In this document: positions 12,580 through 25,182 of the stretch, piece by piece | Position numbering within the stretch: the stretch's first letter is position 1 | How the letters are laid out: every line of letters begins with the position of its first letter | Assembly (NCBI RefSeq): GCF_022045235.1 | Contig: NW_027266275.1 | Location: 21,514,001-21,578,000 of the forward strand | Direction: 5' to 3' | DNA: 64,000 bases | Origin: Haliotis cracherodii | Lineage: Eukaryota | Made by a program: the position numbers and the translations under genes | The notes under the pieces: generated by a model | Told to the model about the DNA's origin: nothing | The model's input: the letters and a program-made list of their open reading frames with translations, nothing else | The model's database searches: none

Positions 12580-12770
12580 TTTGTTGGTTTTTTTTAACGT
12601 CGCACTCAACAATATTCCAGCAAAATGACGGCTGTCCGTAAATAATCGACTGTGGACCAGACGATCCAGTGATGGACACAATGAGCATCGATCCACGTAA
12701 TTGGGATACGATGACATGCATCAAACAAGTCAGCGAGTCTGACCACCCGATCCCGTTAGTCGCATCATAA
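12580..12770 (-). mobile_element. Family-B retroposon (5'-truncated), nested in a MITE spanning about 12452-12858
   Basis: Family-B homology; the flanks match the halves of the 53528-53636 MITE. Confidence 0.7.
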
Positions 12771-13316
12771 TGCCACAGGTGTCGGCCTCGCAGCACGCTC
12801 CCGATAAGTATGAGAGTTACGCCCATCTTAGCGCAGAGATCAATTTGTGGAACGGCCCAAAATCAAGTACACACAAGCGGTATTTACGTTTTTACTTTTC
12901 GGTCTTGACGCAAGGTCAGAGTATGAATCTCCGTGTCAGAGATGACAACGTATGTCAGGCATACCCATGTGCATACGATGTTTTGATGTACATTAGGTCT
13001 ATATGTATTATAACATGTGGCACTAAATAAACAGTATTGTACACGCGCATTTCCAGACATAATTATTGAATTCACATCACATAATACTATCCTGAAACAG
13101 AATTGTTCTCGAAAAATCAATCGGTTAGGATACGAGTATGAGCAATCGATATTTTTATTCAAGACTGCAAGAAAAGATGACCCTCCGCCGGCACTCGAAT
13201 CCATGTCATTTCTAGCTCATTGACCAACTGCAAAAACTAAAAGCAGATCTTCTACTCCAGCTATTTAACCCTATTTATTTGTGTAAAAGAACTGGGCGAT
13301 CTTATCTCTACAACTA

Positions 13317-14106
13317 CACTCTTCAAAAAAAGAAACGCACAGTTAGTATGTTGTTCATTGAACCGGACTACATACAAAATCCGGTATATAAATTGGATAT
13401 ATGTTATTGTAAAATGTTGGTGGCCTGATATTCGACAAACGGTGCGTCAAAACGCAGCCATTGTCGATTTGCAATGTCTTAAACGGTTGGCATATCCTGC
13501 ACCACGAGATCTGACTTGGTTTTTGTTCAGTGCAATTTGACAGAAACACGCTCCTTGAATCAAATTCTTCAACCTCACCTTCTTCCAATCACTGACCGAC
13601 AGAGGGAGCTGTTTCAACAGGACAACCCTCCACCGCACACAGCTCGTGTCACGGTAGACTTCCTCATAATGCCAACATCAACGTCTTGCCCTGGCCGCCG
13701 AGATCTCCACCCAATCGAACACCTCTGGGATGAACTCGATCGAAGTGTACGTCAACGTCAGAACACGCCACAGACACTCCCACAACTGGCCAACGCGCTA
13801 CAAGCAGAATGGCGCAGAATTCCACAGGACAGAATTCGTACACTTATCCAGTCAGTGCCGAGGAGATGTAGAGCCGTGATTGTTGCCCGGGGCAGTCACA
13901 CGAGATACTGAGTTCAGCGCAACCTTTTGGCCTTATGTGACATGACAATGAACAGTTTTCAATGCCTTTGTACAATGACAACATGTGACTATCGAGTTCC
14001 AAAATTTCATATTTGTATCTATGATATTAAATTAAATACATCGACAATTATTAGATACAATGAATTTACTAAAAATCTTCCTGTCCGTTTCTTTTTTTGA
14101 AGAGTG
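13317..14106 (+). mobile_element. Internally deleted Tc1/mariner transposon
   Basis: TIRs cactcttcaaaaaaagaaacg / cgtttctttttttgaagagtg, TA target duplication, and a transposase C-terminal remnant. Confidence 0.92.
13485..13911 (+). pseudogene. Tc1-like DDE transposase remnant (C-terminal part only)
   Basis: FQQDNPPPHTAR, DLHPIEHLWDEL and RRCRAVIVARGSHTRY motifs; the N-terminal HTH and first Asp are missing. Confidence 0.9.
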
Positions 14107-15654
14107 TATATATCGACAGCCTATGTTAAAGTATGGGAGTTACGATCATCTAGCACTAAGAGAGCTTTGTGGAACGGGGCCCCAGATTTTAATGAGCTTT
14201 GCACTTAAATGCGAGAGTGCAAGAAAGTGAGTATGAGGGTAGTGCTTTCAGCGTATATAAATATAACAAATTGGTCCACTGTCACATTGCTATCTCTGCG
14301 CTACGATCGTTGTAACTACTCGTCTATGGAGTTACGACAGTTGTAGCGCTACGACAGCTTTGTGCAAGTGAGCCCAGGACATAAATAATATTTGGACCTG
14401 TGTAGCCGACCTACCTGTGCTCACCCTGACTGATTGTGTCAATGAGAAAATATATCCAACATATATCATACGTGACAATATAGCAATAAATAGGCAAGGG
14501 CGGGAGCAGTCAACTTATAAGGGTCTTCACAGGACCAAATTTGTAGTTCCCCTTTACGCAATCTCCTTGACTAACATCTAGTCTCTGAAAAAAAAGTTTT
14601 TACAGAAGAAAAAAAGTTGTTCAATTATCATTAGAAATAAAATATGGGGGCACGGGATGCCCACTCGTGTCTATGAATCATATCAGAGACACTGTATAAA
14701 TGTGACTACTGCCACGACAGTCAGTTTATATAAACAAAATGAACAACCTAGACAGTGTTAAACCAACTACCACCAACCAGTACAGTTTTTGTTTTATTGA
14801 ATATCTCGGAATTTAAACATCACAGAACGGGAATACATTAATACAAATCCTAATAATGCTAAATTAACACAAAGTCGCGCTAGTATGAAGTAATTGTGTC
14901 GTTTTCACGCTAAAAAGCACCTATCGCACCAGATGACACCAAAAGTAAAGTATAAATAGTCGAATTCATGTTGAGTCACTCAGTGTCGTTAATAAATACT
15001 AAAACGACTGTGGTCCGGATGCCATTCGCTGCACGATGTAAGTTAGATTTAGTTCATTAAGTACAAGGGCTAAAACTTGCCTATAATCATGCTCCATGTG
15101 CTCGGTGCATAGGTACTGTCCATGTTACTACCAACATCCGGTTTGACATGGACAACGCTTACCCCCTGTGAACATGTCACTGACAACTGAAAGTACCGTT
15201 TTGTGCAGGTGGGCACTGTTCATTGTGTTTGCCTAGCAGTATGTGTACGTTAAATGAATACAATCGATTTAAAATACAACTGATGCCTATTTTGACATGG
15301 GGACAGTAGACAAACCTTTACGCATTGTTTATTACGATCCACACGACATGTTGAGAATTGGCTGAACAGAAATTGTTAAATAAGGGAACCGAAAACGTGC
15401 CCATATCTTAAACGTACTAAAGGTCAAATTGATAACTTCAGACGTTATCCAGGACCAGTATCTCTTGTTGTGACGTTAATACCTTCATCGGTAATTACGT
15501 CAAAGTCCTTCATCCAGTCTTAACAAATTACACGTATGCACCCGAGGCATACAAGCCACTTGACAGCTATTCTTCATCATACTAAACTTCATTCCTAAAC
15601 ATCTTTATCATCAGTGTCTCGGTCATATTTAATTATATACTTCTGTCCAGATAG

Positions 15655-16107
15655 TATGGAAGCCTTTTTGTTTTGGGGTTTTTCTTCTTTTTTTCTTGAA
15701 ATTTCAACAGACTAAGTTGAAATTTCAAGAAAACGATCTTGAAATTTCAAGATAATAACTTGAAATTTCAACTTAGTATCTTGAAATTTCAACTAACTAT
15801 CTTAAAATTTCAAGTTCATTTTCTTGAAATTTCAACTTATGCATCTGGAACTTTCAAGTTAGCATCTTGAAATTTCAACTTAGCATCTTGAAATTTCAAG
15901 TAAGCATCTTGAAATTTCAACTTAGCATCTTGAAATTTCAACTTAGTAAACTAGGGTGTAATTTCAAGATTATAAGTTGAAATTTCAAGTTATTATCTTG
16001 AAATTTCAAGATGATTATCTTGGAATTTCAACTTTGTATCTTGAAATTTCAACATAACATTAAAATTTTAAAAACCCAGCAACAAATGGCCCCAAAAGGC
16101 TTCCGTA
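15655..16107. mobile_element. Non-autonomous TIR element filled with TTGAAATTTCAA palindromes, IS3EU-like
   Basis: Termini tatggaagcctttt / aaaaggcttccgta; 6-bp TSD agatag (15649-15654, 16108-16113); internal repeats with a period of about 21 bp. Confidence 0.7.
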
Positions 16108-19100
16108 AGATAGCGTCACTAAAGTTCAAAATAGCAACTTTATCGCCAGTTTAACAAGACAAAAAGATTATCGGTCGGTCACAGATCACTCTGTGGCTGA
16201 CTAATAAACGCACTGTTTTCACTCGGGGGAATAACGTTTACAATCTTCTCTCTGTTATAAGTCTTAACGTGCTAACATCTTTGACAATACAAGCAAGTTC
16301 ATGTGGTAATGTGATGTCGTATCTTTGTGTATATTTTAGATATTCTCGTTGTAATTCTGATGTGGATAGATTATGTCAATCCTCAGAATGTTGTTTACAT
16401 TGGAACATGCATTGGAACTAACGTAATACATATATTGTGTGAATGCCCACTCGGATAATGTATTTAATTCGCGTGCACTATATGAGTACCATTCAATCAC
16501 GTGTAAATTGTTGTTTATTGTATAATAAGGACCCTGTGTATAATTTAAATTCAATGTGTATCAGTCATTGTCAATCTTGTTCATCTGATGTTCTTCGTAC
16601 ATATAATGTGTATCTATAATTACTTGTAAACATTTTATAATTGATAGTAAGCATTCTATTATTGGCCAATGACATGATAGACTCTATGGGAGACTAAAAA
16701 ACTCACTGTTTATTCACTCAGGTCTGTTAGTGTGTGGGTAGGCCGTGAACAGGGGTACCTCTGCTGAGCGAGTCGACCCCCATCTCGCGTTTTAATACCT
16801 AATTTGACCTGTGCGTTTGAAGTATACTCCAACATTTGAGATCTACCAGATACTCTGTAGATGGTAAGCATCTGGGATTCTATGTCATATATACTGACAA
16901 CAAAGATTCTTTCAAATTACAATGTTTAATCTGTCACGCCATGACATGACAGATTAACTAGAGTAATGTAAAAGAATCAGATGTTCCTTACTTTGTTTCA
17001 GTGGTATATATAGCATGCCTGTATGTATCAACTGAAAAGCTCGTCGTTTATTGTCAGCTATCACCAGTGGGAAGTGTTCAAAAGTGCGTGGTAGGACTTA
17101 CAGCCCAGCTTTCAAATGTTGATCTGGAATCCTCTTTTATATTTCACTTTTAGTGAAATAGAACTGCAAACAAACGAAGGACTGAGTGGATACCTGCAGC
17201 TAACCTGACATAACAGCAAAACACACAACTTGCCAGTGGTATAAACTTCTCAAAGATTTACGGCTCTATGTATTCTAGGTTACCATATACTAGGCTAGCC
17301 ATATATTGATGGCTATAAATGGTGCTGTCACATTTACCTGTATGTGGTTTATGGCTACAACTACAGTTGTCATTTTCTGATTCAGATCCCAGAGAGAGCC
17401 ATTCGACGTGTAGAGTTGGGTCTCTTAGTCATGCCATGGACCTGCAGTTCGAGTTCCAATCCAAGTTTCGCCTCGATTATGGCTCTTTGTCAGTATGCAT
17501 CTCTGTTTAAACCTAACTCACTCGCTGATTTCTATATACATTAACATATGGTTCAGAGACCATAAAATAGATCTATGTGATGGCCTCTGGTGTGATTAAG
17601 TCACGGTTTCAAAAAAACGTACTTAAATCGCCGCTTTATATATAAATTAAATTCCATTCACAGACACATGGCCTTGTGGCGAACAAACATATATCGTCGT
17701 GCCATAGTTATTTTCAGTTGGGTAAATGTTTGTTTGTTTATGGATTCCGAATGCAGCCATTCAGAATTTCCGCATTTTAGATAAGAGTTATCTTTCCTTT
17801 ACTGTGTGACCTCCAAATTGTGTACAAACCAAGGGATAATGAAGCTTTTAATATATTAAAATAAATATTTATGTGTCTGGTTGTCATTTTTCATTCGCTG
17901 TTTGAAAACATAACCATGTACACAAAAACTCAGTAACAAAAAAAGCAATGGTCACCTTGTTATATCTAAAATCTGGAACTGATGAGAAACATTTTTAAAA
18001 AATTTCTGTGTGGCCTTATCCGCTTATCGTTGATATGGTTTATCACGATAAAGAGAAATCTGTTGAATCACATAGTTACGAATGCCTGCATTAGCCTATC
18101 GATTGACTTGGGAGATAAATATTTAGTTTTGTAAGATTTGCGTGGTGTTATGCTGATTTGATGTACGGAAAAGGTCATTTGAACATGACTCCGTAAGGCC
18201 AAATAATATGATTGTGAACGGTCTAGGGTATTGTGTAGGACGCTGAGGTCCTGTCAGTCTCTATTCTGATCCTTATTTTCTACATCCACACTCGAATTTT
18301 CTTTGCACTCACGGAAAGAGGCGAGGTTGGCCGATTATTTATACTGTCACAAGCCAATTCGCATAACATATGAACGGTCGTTGTTTTTTTAATAAAAACC
18401 AAACCAAACGTGCTCATACTGAAATCGGATTAGTCAGTGATAATGGATGTCTTTCAATGCTATTTAGATTCCTGCGCTAATATCTTTGATTTGTGAGAGG
18501 TTTACTCAATAACTGAAAATACCAATATAAATTAAATTATTTTTTATACTTTTTTATAAAATCTTGTGGGCGGTTATCCAGAATGTTAAGCATGCCCAGT
18601 GAAGCCATTTCTGACTTGACAGGTTTCATATAGTGTATATGGAGGTTTATATACTGTTTATCCCTTTGGAACCTTATTAAAATACATGTGATGTAATTGA
18701 TATCGAATATATTATGTTCATGTTGTTTCAAGAGGTGTTCACATTAAGCATGTGGAAATTGGCAGATCTACATATCCTTCACCTGTGACTATGTAGAGAT
18801 AATGTAGTGAGACAGGGTCCTTCAATAAAGGTCAAGGTCATTCGAATAAATTGAACCTGAATAATGTTGTGATGAGGCAGGGTTGAGTGAATGGTTTGTG
18901 ATGTTCTCCGAATATGGGCATGCTGAGAGCCAAATTTAGGTTGCCTTAAGTCATTAGTGACTAAGGGTATGTCAAATCAGAGATAGTTTAGGTTCCAAAT
19001 AATAGGTTTCCAGAAAGATGCAATAAAAACAAACTTTCTTTTTTGTATCTGTTTAGCTAATCCACTAAGCCATTTGCTGGGGTTAACAAAGTCAGTAACA

Positions 19101-19251
19101 AGTGTGTTTCAGCAACAAACAAATATATTAACCATATAGAAACTACTGATACAATATGATTGTGCTTTTCCCAAAATGTTCTAATGATTTGTTAACAGTC
19201 CCAAAATAATCACAAAGGTTTAAGGGTGGCACAACAACACAAAATGTTGCT

Positions 19252-19927
19252 TCAAGCATTCATCTTGTTGGATGTGAACACTCTCTTGATCATGTTGATC
19301 ACACGGGACAGGAAGGCTCTCAAGAAAGACTGGGGCTTCACACGTGTGTCGTCATCTTCACAAAGAAGTATCTCAATGAAATCAGTGTCATCCATGATGA
19401 CCTGACCAGTGATGTTCACTGACACAGATGAGACAGGGTCGGGGAGGGACGTGACGGGTGAGGGCAGGAGGGACAGGGGGTGGGGACGGGTCACACAGCG
19501 CTGAGAGTAAGAAAGATAAAACAAGAGAAATGTTAAACACCAGTTTGAAGTTGACATTTGTTTATTTGTCAAGCGATGAATGAGTTGGTATGTGTGAGAT
19601 AGGAAATTGGTAAATATGTGTTTGGATAAGCTAAGGGCGGGTAGAGTAAAAGTAAGATCATAAGAGAAGAGTGTTTAAGAAATGAAAACCTTGTAGACTT
19701 TGTGCTCAGTCAATTGCAATGGGACAAATCTAGACAAGATTCGTCAACGTATGCTGCTTGCCAAAAGTGGCGTTTGTACACAAATCTTGACCTCTGTTTA
19801 CTTTAAAAAACGACTTCAAGCCTTTTTTAAAATGTGTACATATACAAGTTTTTAACCCATTGTCACCTACACGACGAGAGACAGGAGTGGTTGGGAGGAC
19901 GAGAACCTGGGGAAACCTTGTCGCCAT
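19252..19927 (-). CDS. Two-exon gene of unrecognised family, copy 1: 101-aa protein with LIR-like motif and C-terminal amphipathic helix
   Basis: Exon 1 is 19927-19871 (MATRFPQVLVLPTTPVSRR) with a GTAGGT donor. The 370-bp intron ends in tttctcttgttttatctttcttactctcag. Exon 2 is 19500-19252, phase 0, ending at TGA. Exons are GC-richer than the flanks. Confidence 0.72.
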
Positions 19928-20757
19928 CAGATCTATATCAGTGTAACAGTAAAGACGTTTTAAAATAGCGAATGAACAGGCGCCAAACGTGCATCAATAG
20001 ATTATTTATTCAAAAGCATTTGGGAAGGACAGACACCTTCATTCCTAAAAAAGCTTTACATCAACTCACAAGTGCTTTATAGATGAACCACGATACATTA
20101 TGTGTATAAAGTATTAGCAAATAAACAAACATCTTCATCTTCGTTTGCACCTGTGTTATCCCTACACATCGTCTTGCATGCCAACCAATAAAACAAAATT
20201 TTAGAGAAATGAGCCAGAAAACATCCATAACTTTGTACCTTGAACATAGCTGCTCGTCTGCATACTGACACTCAAAAGCGATGTTCAAACTAGCGCAGAT
20301 TCAAACCCGAGCGATATAGTCAGAAGATAATGCAACAACAATGGCGCCTGTTGACTTCGGAAGTCACTGGTTACGGTCGTCAAGGACGGAAGGGAGACCA
20401 CTCTCATTTGCGGAGACCTTGGAAAACCGCTAATATATAATCAGGTATTTTGCGTCTGCAATCACATCATTTATTCAAATAAGAAAACCCCAATTCAATG
20501 CTTTACGGAGCGCCAAAATTAATGTCTTATGTTGAAACGATATTTAATCAAATATAAAAGTACTGTTTAAAAACACCGAGCGAAAAACTGTTGCAATTTA
20601 GTGCACCCATACAGTAGGAGCTAGACGCCTCAGCACACTTCGGTGCAGTGATGACTTATCTTTAACCACACACTGAACACGATCGTCCCTTTCCGCTTAA
20701 AAAAGACCCCTGAGGTACCATTGTAATCCGGAACTATATTAACCTCTCGACCTCGCT

Positions 20758-20778
20758 AGCACATGACCGTCACGTGAT
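20758..20778. promoter_or_regulatory. Adjacent M-box (GTCATGTGCT, minus strand) and CLEAR-like E-box (GTCACGTGAT)
   Basis: AGCACATGACCGTCACGTGAT, about 830 bp upstream of the ATG; also at 26009, 31501 and 38149. Confidence 0.4.
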
Positions 20779-21396
20779 GTCAGTCGACGCCTATGATGAA
20801 CCCCTTGTCAGATGGAAAGGCCGCAGAAAACTGGTAATATGGTAGCGGCATGTGATTATGAATTGAGATAGATCACAACATAGCATCTTATGTGACAAAA
20901 AGCGTCCTTTCGGAAAAAGATATGCGGTTCTAAATGTGTGCCGATCATGATAACTCTAGAGCGTGTCCCATCGTGCTTGCACTTTCAGTCACCATGTTGG
21001 AATAATATTTGTATAAAGTTCTTTTGAATATATTAAGGATAAAAACTTGGAAATAGATAACTACTTATATACAATACTAACGAAAATTAAACATTGATAA
21101 ACAGTTAACGCGCTAAAATATGCATCTGCGAGTGTGTTTGGCTGAGGCATAAATTCCGACTCAATCCTCAATAAAGGCGGCCTAGGTTTGGTCGCCGGGG
21201 GCTTATAGGATGTTACTGCACGTAATTTAAACAGGTCTAAATATTATTGCTAAAATATGTTTGACAAAATGCTATTTATATATATACCATTAACATATAA
21301 TGACATGGTCTTAATTTCATAACGTCAACATGTCTGAAACATTGCCGATGCGACGTTATATATTTACTCACTCACTCACACTTCAACTAGCAAGTT

Positions 21397-21718
21397 AACT
21401 GGGGGGCAAAAGAAAGTAAACGCCAATGATTGATGGTGGCTAAAAATGAAACAAAGAAGAAATGGTTATTCGATGATGATGTATTTGAGACGGGTATCAT
21501 AGTAATGTTTTGGACTCAATCTCATTAAAATCAGATGTAAGTTCTCGTTGTCGCTAAACAAAGCACAGCGATAGCGAGAACTAAGATCTGATTTTAATGA
21601 GATTGGTTTTGGACCTTAAGTTACGGTGTCTCAGCCTAGTAAGGTTTTGATAACGTTTGTAGTTTTTTGATCAAATCAAATGTTCAAGACAGTGTATACT
21701 TTCTTTTGCCTAGCAGTT
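21397..21718. mobile_element. TA-type MITE with a nested short MULE-like foldback (21517-21605)
   Basis: Inverted homologue of 43559-43781. The nested caatctcattaaaatcagat...atctgattttaatgagattg has TSD gttttggac(t/c). Present in all four array copies. Confidence 0.75.
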
Positions 21719-24506
21719 TCGACCAAGTCAATGAAGGCCTAGCCAGGGGTATGGCTGAGGCGCAACCATCCAAGCCACACAATTACAGGTGTATCAAAAT
21801 TATACTTAGTTTTATTAAATTCAATGTGTATCAGTCATTGTCAATCTTGTTCATCTGATGTTCTTCGAACATATAATATGTATCTATAATTACTTGTAAA
21901 CATTTTATAATTGATAGTAAGCATTCTATTATTGGCCGATGACATGATAGACTCTATGGGAGACTAAAAAACTCACTGTTTATTAACTCAGGTCTGTTAG
22001 TGTGTGGGTAGGCCGTGAACAGGGGTACCTCTGCTGAGCGAGTCCACCTCCATCTCGCGTTTTAATACCTAATTTGACCTGTGCGTTTGAAGTATACTCC
22101 AACATTTGAGATCTACCGGATACTCTGTAGATGGTAAGCATCTGGGATTCTATGTCATATATTCTTTCAAATTACTATGTTTAATCTGTCACGCCATGAC
22201 ATGACAGATTAACTAGAGTAATATAAAAGAATCGGATGTTCCTTACTTTGTTTCAGTGGTATATATAGCATGCCTGTATGTATCAACTGAAAAGCTCGTC
22301 GTTTATTGTCAGCTATCACCAGTGGGAAGTGTTCCAAAGTGCGTGGTAGGACTTACAGCCCAGCTTTCAAATGTCGATCTGGAATCCTCTTTTATATTTC
22401 ACTTTTAGTGAAATAGAACTGCAAACAAACGAAGGACTGAGTGGATACCTGCAGCTAACCTGACATAACAGCAAAACACACAACTTGCCAGTGGTATAAA
22501 CTTCTCAAAGATTTACGGCTCTATGTATTCTAGGTTACCATATACTAGGCTAGCCATATATTGATGGCTATAAATGGTGCTGTCACATTTACCTGTATGT
22601 GGTTTATGGCTACAACTACAGTTGTCATTTTCTGATTCAGATCCCAGAGAGAGCCATTCGACGTGTAGAGTTGGGTCTCTTAGTCATGCCATGGACCTGC
22701 AGTTCGAGTTCCAATCCAAGTTTCGCCTCGATTATGGCTCTTTGTCAGTATGCATCTCTGTTTAAACCTAACTCACTCGCTGATTTCTATATACATTAAC
22801 ATATGGTTCAGAGACCATAAAATAGATCTATGTGATGGCCTCTGGTGTGATTAAGTCACGGTTTCAAAAAAACGTACTTAAATCGCCGCTTTATATATAA
22901 ATTAAATTCCATTCACAGACACATGGCCTTGTGGCGAACAAACATATATCGTCGTGCCATAGTTATTTTCAGTTGGGTAAATGTTTGTTTGTTTATGGAT
23001 TCCGAATGCAGCCATTCAGAATTTCCGCATTTTAGATAAGAGTTATCTTTCCTTTACTGTGTGACCTCCAAATTGTGTACAAACCAAGGGATAATGAAGC
23101 TTTTAATATATTAAAATAAATATTTATGTGTCTGGTTGTCATTTTTCATTCGCTGTTTGAAAACATAACCATGTACACAAAAACTCAGTAACAAAAAAAG
23201 CAATGGTCACCTTGTTATATCTAAAATCTGGAACTGATGAGAAACATTTTAAAAAAATTTCTGCGTGGCCTTATCCGCTTATCGTTGATATGGTTTATCA
23301 CGATAAAGAGAAATCTGTTGAATCACATAGTTACGAATGCCTGCATTAGCCTATCGATTGACTTGGGAGATAAATATTTAGTTTTGTAAGATTTGCGTGG
23401 TGTTATGCTGATTTGATGTACGGAAAAGGTCATTTGAACATGACTCCGTAAGGCCAAATAATATGATTGTGAACGGTCTAGGGTATTGTGTAGGACGCTG
23501 AGGTCCTGTCAGTCTCTATTCTGATCCTTATTTTCTACATCCACACTCGAATTTTCTTTGCACTCACGGAAAGAGGCGAGGTTGGCCGATTATTTATACT
23601 GTCACAAGCCAATTCGCATAACATATGAACGGTCGTTGTTTTTTTAATAAAAACCAAACCAAACGTGCTCATACTGAAATCGGATTAGTCAGTGATAATG
23701 GATGTCTTTCAATGCTATTTAGATTCCTGCGCTAATATCTTTGATTTGTGAGAGGTTTACTCAATAACTGAAAATACCAATATAAATTAAATTATTTTTC
23801 ATACTTTTTTATAAAATCTTGTGGGCGGTTATCCAGAATGTTAAGCATGCCCAGTGAAGCCATTTCTGACTTGACAGGTTTCATATAGTGTATATGGAGG
23901 TTTATATACTGTTTATCCCTTTGGAACCTTATTAAAATACATGTGATGTAATTGATATCGAATATATTATGTTCATGTTGTTTCAAGAGGTGTTCACATT
24001 AAGCATGTGGAAATTGGCAGATCTACATATCCTTCACCTGTGACTATGTAGAGATAATGTAGTGAGACAGGGTCCTTCAATAAAGGTCAAGGTCATTCGA
24101 ATAAATTGAACCTGAATAATGTTGTGATGAGGCAGGGTTGAGTGAATGGTTTGTGATGTTCTCCGAATATGGGCATGCTGAGAGCCAAATTTAGGTTGCC
24201 TTAAGTCATTAGTGACTAAGGGTATGTCAAATCAGAGATAGTTTAGGTTCCAAATAATAGGTTTCCAGAAAGATGCAATAAAAACAAACTTTCTTTTTTG
24301 TATCTGTTTAGCTAATCCACTAAGCCATTTGCTGGGGTTAACAAAGTCAGTAACAAGTGTGTTTCAGCAACAAACAAATATATTAACCATATAGAAACTA
24401 CTGATACAATATGATTGTGCTTTTCCCAAAATGTTCTAATGATTTGTTAACAGTCCCAAAATAATCACAAAGGTTTAAGGGTGGCACAACAACACAAAAT
24501 GTTGCT

Positions 24507-25182
24507 TCAAGCATTCATCTTGTTGGATGTGAACACTCTCTTGATCATGTTGATCACACGGGACAGGAAGGCTCTCAAGAAAGACTGGGGCTTCACACGT
24601 GTGTCGTCATCTTCACAAAGAAGTATCTCAATGAAATCAGTGTCATCCATGATGACCTGACCAGTGATGTTCACTGACACAGATGAGACAGGGTCGGGGA
24701 GGGACGTGACGGGTGAGGGCAGGAGGGACAGGGGGTGGGGACGGGTCACACAGCGCTGAGAGTAAGAAAGATAAAACAAGAGAAATGTTAAACACCAGTT
24801 TGAAGTTGACATTTGTTTATTTGTCAAGCGATGAATGAGTTGGTATGTGTGAGATAGGAAATTGGTAAATATGTGTTTGGATAAGCTAAGGGCGGGTAGA
24901 GTAAAAGTAAGATCATAAGAGAAGAGTGTTTAAGAAATGAAAACCTTGTAGACTTTGTGCTCAGTCAATTGCAATGGGACAAATCTAGACAAGATTCGTC
25001 AACGTATGCTGCTTGCCAAAAGTGGCGTTTGTACACAAATCTTGACCTCTGTTTACTTTAAAAAACGACTTCAAGCCTTTTTTAAAATGTGTACATATAC
25101 AAGTTTTTAACCCATTGTCACCTACACGACGAGAGACAGGAGTGGTTGGGAGGACGAGAACCTGGGGAAACCTTGTCGCCAT
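24507..25182 (-). CDS. Two-exon 101-aa gene, copy 2
   Basis: Exons 25182-25126 and 24755-24507; same protein as copy 1. Confidence 0.72.

Noticed and set aside
17979-17995. Hammerhead-like CTGATGAGAAAC in the array units
   Set aside because: No stem II between CUGAUGA and GAAA, no supporting stems I/III, and the motif is altered in copy 3.
19501-19870. Unspliced ORF-track proteins MTNKQMST… and …VGDNGLKTC…
   Set aside because: These extensions are read-through into the predicted intron; the substitutions between copies fall there.
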